Shown one piece after another: positions 51,592 through 64,000 of a stretch of 64,000 nt of DNA (the stretch's first letter is position 1; each line of letters begins with the position of its first letter). The stretch covers positions 46,686,001 to 46,750,000 of the forward strand of contig OX597815.1 of the NCBI GenBank assembly GCA_951406725.2, given 5' to 3'. The DNA comes from Octopus vulgaris (Eukaryota). The notes beneath the pieces are model-generated. The model searched no databases. It was given only the letters and a program-made list of their open reading frames with translations, and was not told where the DNA came from. A program made the translations under genes and the position numbers.

Positions 51592-52779
51592 TCCTTTCCA
51601 GACATTAGTCAACGAATGTGAAGGGTGGAAACAAGTTTCGAACGTCGTACGTATGCCTTGCGTCCACAAATTCGCAGAAAAATGACGAATCTATGAACAA
51701 ACGTCAAATACAGATTACACACGCACACAAATTATATTATTTTCATGGAGTTGGATGACTGAGGCTAGTAGCTTATTACATTTCAACTGCTTGGTGGTTG
51801 TTGATGAAAATGGAAAGAAATCCAGTATGGTGACAAATATAGCACTTGTTACAAGAGACACGATAAAGATAGTTGTCAGATAGTTACAATATTACTGACG
51901 TGGCTAGTGATGATGGCGATTATGATAATAGTGATTAAAGAATGTGTGAAATAATGCTTAATCTATCTTCTTAGCACTTGTAAGTCCAAGCTATAGGCCA
52001 GATGTGTCGAAACTGTCAGCTGGTCATCCGTCCGTTTGTCTTGTCCGACTACTGGACACAACTGTTCACAGCAAACAGTCAGAGGTTAATAGATTTTATC
52101 GACAGGATTTCTCTTTTACTTCAAGTATGCAGGCTGCTAATTCCGAAAATAAGCGCTGACCGGAGTGATCGCGAACAGATTTCTATTCTGTTGGCACGAA
52201 GCAAGAATTTCCAAACAAGCAAACTGCTACTACCACTACTAATGAACAAGCACAGCTGCCGATCCGCCAATAAAGTTACCCTCAAAAGAGATTCCTTAAA
52301 TACATCCACACATGCGTATACACAGATGTAGCTTTGCTGCACGAACAGTACGCTTTGTTGATAGGTTTAACTTCTTGTAAGTCTCAGGACACACGTGGGT
52401 GAATATATATGTAGGCAAAAGACAGCTGTGAAAGTTGTGAAAGACAATTAGCTCAACAGTAACTGTAATGCTAGGCAAATAAATTCTTCAATAAACTGTA
52501 ATCCACTCGAAGAACAAGTTTTGTGAAAACCGATGATTGTGCAATGTGGGTTATTGTGTTTTCTTATTGTTCAAAAATATAGGTGTATGTTGAAATAACA
52601 CCACTAAAATATGATGAATAAATTAATAACCCGAGCAGTTAATTTTCTTGAAACTGGTGTAACTCGCTTTGATTACAACGTGTAGTTAAGTTGTAATAGT
52701 TATTCGTTGTAGTGCCGGTGGTATTGGTTTGGTGTTAAACAGCCGACTAGTCAGATGACGGATTATACACTTTTAGGTC
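50463..52779 (-). other. Predicted ~2.3 kb exon (about 1.19 kb 5' UTR plus CDS above)
   Basis: Minus-strand acceptor TTTGTTTTCTTTCTCTTCCAG|G at 52800-52779 and donor at 50462. The interval is free of SINEs and long (TA)n runs, unlike its flanks. Confidence 0.55.
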
Positions 52780-55700
52780 CTGGAAGAGAAAGAAAACAAA
52801 CGATAAGAATGCTTGTAAGGTACATGAATACATAACAGAATGATCAGCAGGAGTGAGGATCAGCTTCTGCTTAGAAAACTAGCCCCTACCATTATTACTT
52901 GCATCACTATCGTTCATAAACCCACTACAACTTGCATTGAAATTAAGGCTACAAAGGGCTAACTAAATAACATACACCAGTTGTCAAGTCTAGACTCATG
53001 TCAGCTGTGATTAAGAGAGGTTCCAGTTAATTTTTTTCTTCTGACAATATTTGAGCGTGTGCTATCCGTGTCGTTCTGTAGGACGGTAGGTGATTGGAGA
53101 GAGATTAGGTTGCTATTTCTAAAAACAGCATGTTTCTTAACCTGCTTTTCAGTATACCTCCTTTATCGGTTCACTCTCCTACATATAACAATGAAAAATA
53201 ATTTTAAAAAAAAAGGTAGTCTTGCATACAACAACTTATATTACATTACCAGTCTTTTTTTTTTATATGAAGTTAACATGAGCATCCTTAAAAATCAAAC
53301 ATTAAGGGGTATAAATCTAAACAACATCACTGTAAATAATGATAAAAAATATACCCCCTCCGCCGCCCAGAATACTCAAATCTTCCCCTGGAATTCTGAA
53401 ATTTCTCTCCAGGGAGAAATTTTCCCTTAAGTTAAAAATTGCGGTACTACATAGACAAGCGACCTAAGTTAGCTCGCTCTGTTATACATACAGTTGAAAA
53501 AAATTTGGTAAATAAGCACATAAAAAAAAAAGAATAAACGATTTTAAGAAAGTCAGCGGAGCATAACATTGTGACACTTACTTCTTCCCTATTGAAAGGA
53601 CCCCCACCACAACCAGTTGGAAACATTAGGTATTTCAGCTCAACTTGCACACACGCACACAGACACACACGCTAGCTAACATAACTAGCGAACCTCTAAA
53701 CGGTCGCTCAACTTACATAACAGCAACAAAACCTCTCAGATCAGACTCCGCCGAAGGACACTTTTGATAACGTGGTCTTCGATGTATTGTCTGGTGAAGA
53801 AGATAATACACGCTGACCGTAACTGGAAAAACTTTTGATTCTATGCACGACTGGGGTCAACTTGGCTCTTAACAAGCTTTGTTTATTATTATTATTAATT
53901 TAATAGTCTACTGAACCGATTAAGCTCATTGAAATAGAACGCTAATCTCCCAGAAACCCGAAAGAAATTGAATTAAGAAGAGGATTGTACAATTTCGCTG
54001 TATAATTTATGGAGCTCAAAGTTTGCCTTTCTATTCCCTCCCCTCTAAACTACCCCCCCCCCCAATACACCGACAAAAACACAAACTATATCTCAACTAA
54101 TTTCTCTGCGATTCGATTTGAAATAATTTTATACTTAAATACAACAAACCAGATACATTGAGTAAGCAAATTCAGTTGGTTAGAAATAGCACCGGGATCT
54201 ACCTCAAATCATATACTACAACTTTGAGAAAAGGATGTATGCATAAATAATGTGGTCCTGCAATGAATGATTTACCTAAACGATAGGATGTTAAAACTGG
54301 GAATAACTTCGATCAAGGGGCCTGTCCACGGGTTAAACAACAACGACAATACTTATTGAAACTTATTTTGTTCTTTATAAAACTAAACGTAAAAATATAA
54401 AGGAAGAAATAAAACCCCAATTAGTTTATGAATGAGATTTAATTTTTAGAATGTTAATTAGAGTTGTCAATTAAAATAAAAAGATGAAATAAAAGATAAA
54501 GCAAAAAAATAATTCTATTACAAATTTCATTCACACTACAAACACACTTCACGCTTGTTGTGGTCTTACTGTCCTAACCTTGATTTATATATGGTGAGAG
54601 GCTTGCTTCTCAATCACATGGTTCCGAGTTCAGTCCCACTGCATGGGACTTGGGGCAAGTGTCTTCTATAGCCTTGGGCCGACCAAAGCTTGGTGAGTGG
54701 ATTTGGCAAATGGAAACTAAAAGAAGCTCGTCGTATTTATATATACAAATGTATGTGTCTTTGTGTGTGTGTTTGAACCCCACCACTGGTAGCCAGTGGT
54801 GGAGTGTTTACGTTACCGTAACTTAGCAATTCGGCCAAAGACACCGATAGAATAAATACCAGGTTTAAAAAAAGAAAAAAAAAACAAATATTGGAGCCGA
54901 TACAATCGACCAAAATAACTGAAGGTGGTGCCCCAGCATGGCCGCAGTCTAATGACTGAAAACAAGTGAATAAAAGGTCTTCCCACTCCCAAATCAAGAC
55001 TGACATGAATAAACCACGCAACGTTAATAATGTAGAGAGGGCCGCAGTGGATGATAGCAACAGAATAATTTATTTGCCTCGGGATTAAAAAAACCTTGCA
55101 ACAATACGATGTGTGACAATGACACACACACGTCTGTCTGTCTGTCTCTCTCTTTTACACACACACACACACACATTAGTGAACACTTCTGTTTACAAAC
55201 GTAATAGACAAGAGTGAAAAGTACAGCATGTATATTTTATTAGAAACTGAACCTTATTTTCTCATTGTAAATCTTTACTCTGAATTTCATGCTCCCAGAT
55301 ATTATAAATCCAGTAGTTCACATACACATCTATAGATGCATACATATGTGTGCGTGCGCGTGTGTGTATAAATATATGGCTATAAACAAAAACGTATCCA
55401 ACTAGATAGTTACTAAAAACAACAGCAATGAGTAAAACCAAAACCCAGATAAACAAATAGAAAGCGAGAAGAAAATCATAAACTCAACAACGAAAACATC
55501 CCAAATAGAAATTTTAACACCAGCTAGAAGAACAAGAATGATATAATACGCTGAACAGAACAAGGACAGAAGAAGGGGTGCGTGTATGTTTGAATTTGAG
55601 TTCCGCCTGCAAAACCTATTTAGAGTAAACAGTACGAGGTGATATATTTTTAGTGAAACGTTCTGATTTACGGGACGTGTAGTAGTAATAGTAGTAGTAG

Positions 55701-55839
55701 CAGCTTAGTAGTAAGCATTTGTAAGTTTTTTTTCTTTTTCTTTTTTTTTAATTAAACTGGGACATTTCAGGAAAGCGCGCACACACACACACACACACAC
55801 AATCCAACAACAGCGCAGACAAAACACGGAGTTTCACGA

Positions 55840-56400
55840 GGAGTCGCTCGGTGAAAGAAAGAGCAGTCAAATCTCCTCCTTTACATTACACATGCTATCC
55901 GTCTTTAAAATAAAAACAAAAAGAAAGAAAAAAACAGGGAGGCGGGTTGGTGGGGTGGTGATAACGTAGTCTTTCTTGGATATTCAATGTTTGCTCGCGG
56001 TTGGAAGATCTTTCGATTAGTTCGGACCTGGATGGAGCTCAACGCCTGATAGCTATTACAAGATAAATTTGTAGTCGCTTGACCTGCTAGGTAGAAATAG
56101 CAGTCAAATCACCCCCCAACTTTTCGTCTTAAAAAAAAAAAAAAAAATGAAAATCACATTGGATAGTGTAGTCAGATATACCCTGTTAGAAAAAAAAAAG
56201 ATGGAAAAAGACGGTATAGTCACAGCAAGAACGACTTGGATCAATAAGGGTAGATTTGGGACTACACAAAACAAACCGTTGCAGAGGCTATGTAGTCACT
56301 CACCCTACTAGAAATACCAAAGAAATCTCTCTCAACATGTTAGCTTAAAAAAATAGGGAACAGGCTGGATAATGTTGTCCTAGATACAGACTGGATTAAA
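55840..56400 (+). repeat. Old interspersed repeat family E, three diverged tandem copies
   Basis: Recurrent motif GCTAGAAATAGCAGYCAAATC…GTCTTAAAAAA…TGGATAATGTAGTC; dispersed relatives at about 6240-6490, 49075-49225, 53700-53870, 54180-54345(+) and 8620-8850, 47800-47915(-). Confidence 0.55.
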
Positions 56401-59300
56401 AAGAAGAAAAAAATTACCCGTTGCTTATGGTCGGATCATACGTGTGTTTGCTCGATAAGACCCGAGACTTAACAACGCATTCACTAAAGGTATATATTAT
56501 ACACACACACACACATACATATATATGTGTATTATATATATATAATATATATATACACACATGTAACAGACACGAACAGGTTGAGTGTAAGGGACGAACG
56601 CATTGTGTGTCAGTATGATGTCTACAAGATGGATTTAAGGGTGTCAAGAGCGCGCGAGTGTTTGTATGCGCGCGGATGTGTGTGTGTGTGGATTTCTTGT
56701 GTTACAGAAACAAGCGGACAAATATCTAAGTCTAACACATGTGTTGTTATAAAACGGCTGACTTTGAACAAAGTGTATAGGTCAACCACAAAATACACAC
56801 ACGCACACATATTTGTAAACAGTACATTAGTAGAGTTTACGCATAAAACACAGGTCACTAATAGTTTCGTAGTTTGTAGTAAATGATTTATAAAGCAAGA
56901 CCATCAAAATAAAGTACACGCACAGACAGACACGCGTTGTGTTTTTCAAAGCAGTAAAACATGATCGCCACGGTTGGAACAACTTTGTACATAGGTCTCC
57001 TCCACCAAGAGATTAAACATCCAATGTATTTTATTTACCATCTTGTATTGGGTTTCACTATTTCTTCATGTGCTTCTTTCTCTTCGATTGTACACAATTC
57101 AAGGCGCTTCAGGTTCTAATAAGACAAACTATTTTATGTATGGAGCAGTTTTTATCTCCGTTTGTAAACAGTGCTCGATCTATCTGCTATATATACTTGT
57201 GTGAATGTGAGTGTGTGTGTGTGCATGCCTATATGTACATTTGTACGAGTATGCGATAAACCAGTGAAGAATAAACAATAATTATAAACAATAAGCCATA
57301 CAGTTCATCCGACAATAATACGAAAATGATGACAATATTCACCGAGTCATTTATTCCGATATCTCATGTGGATGGATATATTGAATTTAATACACTCTCA
57401 TGTTTGTAGTCAAGATAACACACCAATACACAGATCCAGGAAATAAGCTGTAAATTTGGTCGGGCGCGTGTACACACACACACATATATATATATATCTG
57501 AAAACATGAAATGTATACACATGCGCGCAACTATCGGTTTGGAGATGGCCTGTAAGCCGGGGAATACAGCTGTGAAATTCCTTGATTGGCGGTCCTCTGC
57601 TTAGGACATTTAATATAATTCTATACAACGTATCAATGTATACATTACTTTTCAAGTCATTTAAATTTCAATGGAAACTCCGACATATTTCGTAGCCTGT
57701 CCCTTGAAAACTCCTTTCAGAATATTTTTACTCAGAATATTTTTATATTAAAGAATATGTGTGTGTGTTCCTGTGCATGTGTAAACATAAAACGCACCGT
57801 CAATGTAAAGTATGTTTAAATCTGTTTTATAGTGTAAAAGTACATTTATAGTGAATAATTAAAATACATGCAGACTTCATAATAAACAAGAGGCGGAGAA
57901 CACATAACAACACATATATATATATATATATATATACATATATATATAAATGACAAGTAGGTTTACCTGCTAACAATATATATTTTCTTCTGTCATGCTT
58001 CCCAGTAATAGTTAAATCATAATTGAATTACATTCGTCTCCTCATAGTATGAAAATATGTTAAATTATGTATGTGTGTACAAGTACGCTACTGCGTATGA
58101 AAATGTATGGTGTGTATATATATATATGTATTTATGCGTGTGCATATATGCATGTAAGAATGGACGTATGTAGAGTATATTTTCTGTTATGGGCTATATA
58201 TATATATATATATGCTTGTGTGTTTATTGGTATTTAGTGAAATACCCGAAGAGAAGTGTATATAATAATGCAAGATTAACTTGATATGTTGAATATATAT
58301 TTATATATTTGTGTGTGGGAGTGTATATATTTATGTGTGAACTGTATATTTTAGTTAGACATTTTTCTCAAATGTTTCGTAGAGTAGTAATAATTCCCCG
58401 TATGGTAAACGTATAACTGGCTGGACTGCCTGTGATAGGACTGAAGAGTTTAGAAGAGGGGAAACCAACTAATAACATGCAGAAGGAAGGGGAGGCAAAG
58501 GAGTAGTAGTAATAACGAGAAGAAATGGGGGAAAAAAGAGAAGGTAATATCAACAAGGAAGAGTAGCAGGGGAAGGTATAAATAATAGAAATGTAGAGGA
58601 AAAGGGAGAGAAGTAAAAAGAGAAACATTATAGCAAGGATGTTGAACATAAGAGGGTGGAGACGGAGGAACTGACATGAACCTGTAGCCGTAGCAGTTAA
58701 GTAGTATAGAGTGAGGGTGAGGGAGGGACAGAGAGAGAGTGAGATATATAGACTGAGTGAGTGAGAGATATAAAGAGTGAAAGAGATATAGAAAGAGCTG
58801 TAGGGTAATAGAGATAGTAGGAAGTAGTATAGAGTGAGTGAGGGAGTGATAAAGGCAGAGAAAAAGAGAGAGAGAGAGAATTAGTGAAATAATAAAGTCA
58901 TAAATAACAGAAGTAAAAAAAGAAATAAAGAGCACACATACACAATCATACACACAAATATTTATACACACACACATACAATACAACAGACACACGCTTC
59001 TATCTGCTCCTCCTACTTTAAACACTCACTCTTTTTATTCTCCCTCTCACACAATATATGCTTGGATTCCTCTCTTTCTCTCTCTCTCTTTCTTTCTTTC
59101 TCTCTCACTGTCTCTATGTAGGAGGGAGTAAATCAGTTCAAAACAGTGAGAGGTGGAGTAGGGAAAAGCGAAGGTACGAACGTGTGTGTATGTGGGTGCG
59201 TGTGAGTTTGTGTGTGTGTGCGTGTGAGTTTGTGTGTGTGTGCGTGTGAGTTTGTGTGTGTGTGTGCGTGTAGTGAAGCGAGAAAAGGGACACACACGCC

Positions 59301-59334
<34 letters not shown>

Positions 59335-59635
59335 ACCACACACACGCATGCACACATACATGCACATATATGCATACACGGGTACAACCGCATGCACACA
59401 CGAACATACTTATATTCGTGTGTGTATATATATATATATTAGACTGCGGCCATGCTGGGGCACCGTCTTAAATAATTATGATCGAATGATTCGACTCCAG
59501 TACATTTCTTTAAAAGTATGGAGCTTATCTGTCGGTTCTTTTTCCGTACCGCTAGGTTACGGGGACGTAAAAACAACAACACCGGTTGTCAAGCGGCGAT
59601 GGGGAACACACACAAACACATATATATATGTATAC

Positions 59636-59699
<64 letters not shown>

Positions 59700-59728
59700 G
59701 TATATACATAAATATATATATATACATA

Positions 59729-59835
<107 letters not shown>

Positions 59836-60091
59836 GAGGGGCTTCTTTCAGTTTCCAACTACAAGATCCTCTCACAAGGCTTTAGGTCTATAGCGGAAGA
59901 CGCACAAGACACCACGTAGTGGAACTGAACACGGAACCATGAGGTTGGCAATATGTGTGTGTGTGTGTGTGCGCGCGCGCGCAGGTATGCCACTGTGGTT
60001 GAGAAGTTCGCTTTGCAACTATAAGTTTCCTATTTCGATTCTAATGCACGTCAATTTCGCAGGTGTAAAAACACATTCTTACATACACTCG

Positions 60092-60480
<389 letters not shown>

Positions 60481-61240
60481 TGAGTTGTTCACATCACAAG
60501 AATTCTAACTTCGAGAGAACAAGAAATGGTTCAGCTTTGGAACGTTGGGTATCGAAGCATATAAGCTATAAATAGTAGCGTAACAATATTTGGTTTAAAA
60601 ACCCTACACCCCAGGTTCGTGGCACGATGCTCAACCTCTTGCCGTTTCTATCCAAGGGGCTGTTCAACCCAAAACTTGTATGCTATTACTAATAGCTTCA
60701 TCTGCTTCGAGTTCAAATTCTAAAAACTTATATATAGATATGTACGTGTATGACATTGTATATTCTGTTATTCTTTTACTTGTTTCAGTCATTTGACTGC
60801 GGCCATAGTGGAGCACCGCCTTTAGTCGAACTAATTGACCCCCAGGGCTTATTCTTTATAAGTCTAGCGCTTATTCTATTGGTCTATTTTGCCGAACCGC
60901 TTGGTTACGAGGACGTAGACATACCAACATCGGTTGTCTAGCAATAGTGGAGGGACAAACACAGACACACAAATACACATACACACACCACACACACACA
61001 CACACACACTCACACACACATATATATGAGTGTGTGTGTGTGTGTGTGTGTGTTTTCCTTTTTACGCTCCCTTAATTTTGCGGTTCGGCATAAAGACTCC
61101 TATAGAGAAACTACCAGTCTTAGTTTAAAAAAAAAAAAAGCACTACTGGGGTCGATTTGCTCGACTAAACTTTTCAAGGAGGTGCTACAGCATGGCCACA
61201 TTCTTATGACTGAAACAAGTGACATCTAAAGCACACACAC

Positions 61241-61276
<36 letters not shown>

Positions 61277-61335
61277 ATTAATCCAAACATATATATACAT
61301 ATATATATATGTGTGTGTGTGTGTGTATGTATGTA

Positions 61336-61429
<94 letters not shown>

Positions 61430-61489
61430 CACACGTATGTATATATCTATACATGTACATATATATATATATATCTATCTATCTATCTA

Positions 61490-61568
<79 letters not shown>

Positions 61569-61620
61569 TCGGGGTGAGTACTTGATAATTATAAGCACCT
61601 GTGTATACCAATTTTGATCA

Positions 61621-61666
<46 letters not shown>

Positions 61667-61669
<3 letters not shown>

Positions 61670-62035
61670 CGCAGGTGTGTGTGGTAAGAAGCTTGCTTCC
61701 CAAGCACATGATTCTGGGTTCAGTTCCACTGCGTGACACCTTGGGCACATGACTTCGATTGTAGCCTCGGGCCGACCAGAGGTTTATGAGTGGATTTAGT
61801 AGACGGAAACTACGTGTGTGTATCTTTGTGTCTGTGCTTGTTCCTCCCTTCATCGTATAACAACCGGTGTCGGTGTGTTTGCATTTCCATAACCTAGCGA
61901 TTCAGCAGAAGAACCAAAAGAATATACACTAGGCTTTAAAAAATAAGCCCATGGGATCGATTCCTTCGACTAAGACCCTTCAAGGAGATGCTCCAGCATG
62001 GCCGCAGTCAAATGACAGAAACAAGTAAAAGAATA
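61667..62035 (+). mobile_element. SINE family A copy
   Basis: Head and tail match family A. Confidence 0.75.
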
Positions 62036-62266
62036 TAGGAATATATGTATATATATATTATATTAATATACTTTGATACTTTGATAGGTTTCGGGCATTA
62101 TTGGCCCAGGCCATGTCTAACTTAATAGCACCACCTGGTATATATTAATATATACACACACACATATATATATATAATTAATCAAAGGACATACTACATG
62201 TGTGTTGCCCCAGCATGGCCGCGGCCTTCGGGCTAAAACATTTTTAAGGATTTAAGGATTTTAAGG

Positions 62267-62306
<40 letters not shown>

Positions 62307-62361
62307 TTTTACTTGTTTCAGTCATTTGACTTTGGCCATGCTGGAGCACCACCTTTATATA

Positions 62362-62421
<60 letters not shown>

Positions 62422-62923
62422 CACATACAGGGGGGAGAGAGAGAAAGTGTGTGTGTGTGTGTTTCAGAGAGAGAGAGAAAGAGAGATGTTTAAACCGGCC
62501 TAGAGAAAAATTAAGAGAGCTAAGGGATAAGAATGACAGAGGGAAAAAGAAAGTGACGAAAGAAAGCAAAATAAATTAATTCACCCTTTTCCCTTATTGC
62601 TTTTCTCTATTTTCACGACTAAAGCATTCTCTCGCCTGCGTGCGGGTGTGTGTGCATGTGTGTGTGTGAGTGCGTGTGTGCGTAGCAGCGTGCGTGTGTG
62701 TTCCAGTTAGAAAGAGGTGATGAACATGTATGTCTTTTGATATTTACCTTTTACTTGTTTCAGTTAAGAGGATGGGGCACCACTTTGAAGGGTTTGGCCG
62801 ACCAAATCGACCCCTCAACTTATCTTTAAGCTTGATACTTATCCAACCAGTTTCTTTTTACCGAACTACTAGTTTACGGGGCCTAAACAAATCAAGAGAT
62901 TGTAGGGGACAAACACACGAAAA

Positions 62924-63005
<82 letters not shown>

Positions 63006-63030
63006 GTGTGTGTGTGTGTGTATGTGTGTG

Positions 63031-63333
63031 TGGAGGCGCAATGGCCCAGTAGTTAAAGCAGCGAACTCGCGGTCTTAGGATCGCGGTTTCGATTCCCAGG
63101 CCGGGCGTTGTGAGTGTTTATTGAGCGAAAACACCTAAATAAAAAGCTCCACGAGGCTCCGGTAGGGGGTGGTGATCCCTACTGTACTCTTTCACCACTC
63201 TTTCTCCCACTCTTTCTTCTGTTGGCCTGCTCGCTTAGCCAGCGGGGTGGCGTCATTCGAAGGCTAAAACAATGCGAACGCATTGTGACCAGCGATGTGT
63301 AACAACATCTGATGGTCTGATCTTTCACGTGAT

Positions 63334-63340
<7 letters not shown>
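63031..63340 (+). mobile_element. SINE family C, tail type 2
   Basis: Same head; tail CTGTTGGCCTGCTCGCTTAGCC…GCATTGTGACCAGCGA…TCACGTGA, shared with 40138-40435. Confidence 0.8.
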
Positions 63341-63374
<34 letters not shown>

Positions 63375-63692
63375 TATATACATACATATATGAACATACC
63401 TACATATATATGTATATATACATGCATATATGAGTACAGGGCATCAAAAAAAAAAGAACCTTGAACACAATGAGAAACGAAAACATAAAAACAAAAGCAT
63501 AGAAAACGAACTTATTTTTCGAAAAATGAAAAAAACCCCAGAGAAACGAAACATGCAACATAAAGAATATTCCCCTTCATCAGTTGTCCCTGTTTCATCT
63601 ACTCCCCTTTTCGAGTGTGCGTCTTTGTTTCTGTGCCCCCGTTTGACAACCAGTATTGGTGTGTTTCCGTCTCTGTAACTTAGCGGTTCGGC

Positions 63693-63769
<77 letters not shown>

Positions 63770-63781
63770 TATATATATGTA

Positions 63782-63824
<43 letters not shown>

Positions 63825-63825
<1 letters not shown>

Positions 63826-64000
63826 TAGCAGTATCGCTCGGCGTTGCTCGGGTTTGTAAGGGAAATAACTATATAAGCATTTTTAGAGAGTTATAGCAAA
63901 AAATAGCAAAAAAATGCATTAAAAATGGAAAAAAAATGATGGTAAATTTTTAAAAAATCGTTGACTCATCGTAGACATTTTTAGAGAGTTACTTCTCTTA
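63825..64000 (-). mobile_element. Non-autonomous Helitron-like 3' end (runs off the window)
   Basis: Minus strand ends CCCGAGCAACGCCGAGCGATACTG-CTAG|T: GC-rich subterminal hairpin-like segment and CTAG terminus in (TA)n; internal repeat CATTTTTAGAGAGTTA occurs twice. Confidence 0.6.

Noticed and set aside
50429-51621. Plus-strand ORFs antisense to the exon
   Set aside because: Shadow ORFs of a GC-richer coding region containing trinucleotide repeats.
58368-59025. Hydrophobic 'membrane protein' ORFs on the minus strand
   Set aside because: Result of a purine-rich low-complexity tract (CT-rich on the minus strand) giving Leu/Ser/Phe bias.
63570-63615. Minus-strand GAAA…CTGATGA as another hammerhead
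   Set aside because: Core halves are in reversed order and I cannot build the required stems; the element is truncated by a SINE fragment.

Overview
Eukaryotic, AT-rich, microsatellite-saturated genomic DNA. The repeat content (tRNA-derived SINEs, RTE and CR1 LINE fossils, dense (TA)n/(CA)n/(GATA)n) suggests a coleoid cephalopod, probably Octopus; this is an inference, not a database result. Only one credible host-gene exon is visible. It lies on the minus strand (about 52779->50463) and has a long 5' UTR, about 376 codons of Ser/Thr-rich sequence ending in a signal-peptide-like hydrophobic stretch, and a phase-1 GTAAGT donor. The rest of the window appears intronic or intergenic. It is filled with at least four SINE-like families, LINE 3' fragments, a Tigger/pogo transposase fossil, piggyBac/hAT/Tc1-mariner MITEs and Helitron-like ends. 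Nearly all ORFs in the track are microsatellite artefacts. The most interesting signal is a dispersed set of short, mostly (TA)n-associated elements carrying minimal type-I hammerhead-ribozyme-like motifs (28373, 44980, 26830, 21598, weakly 16510), resembling Penelope pseudo-LTRs or retrozymes. One family member (19092-19124) ends in a perfect fold-back centred on the ribozyme stem III palindrome. Other notable items are a SINE that recurrently multimerises or self-inserts at one fixed junction, one SINE head carrying three different tails, and long fold-back structures.
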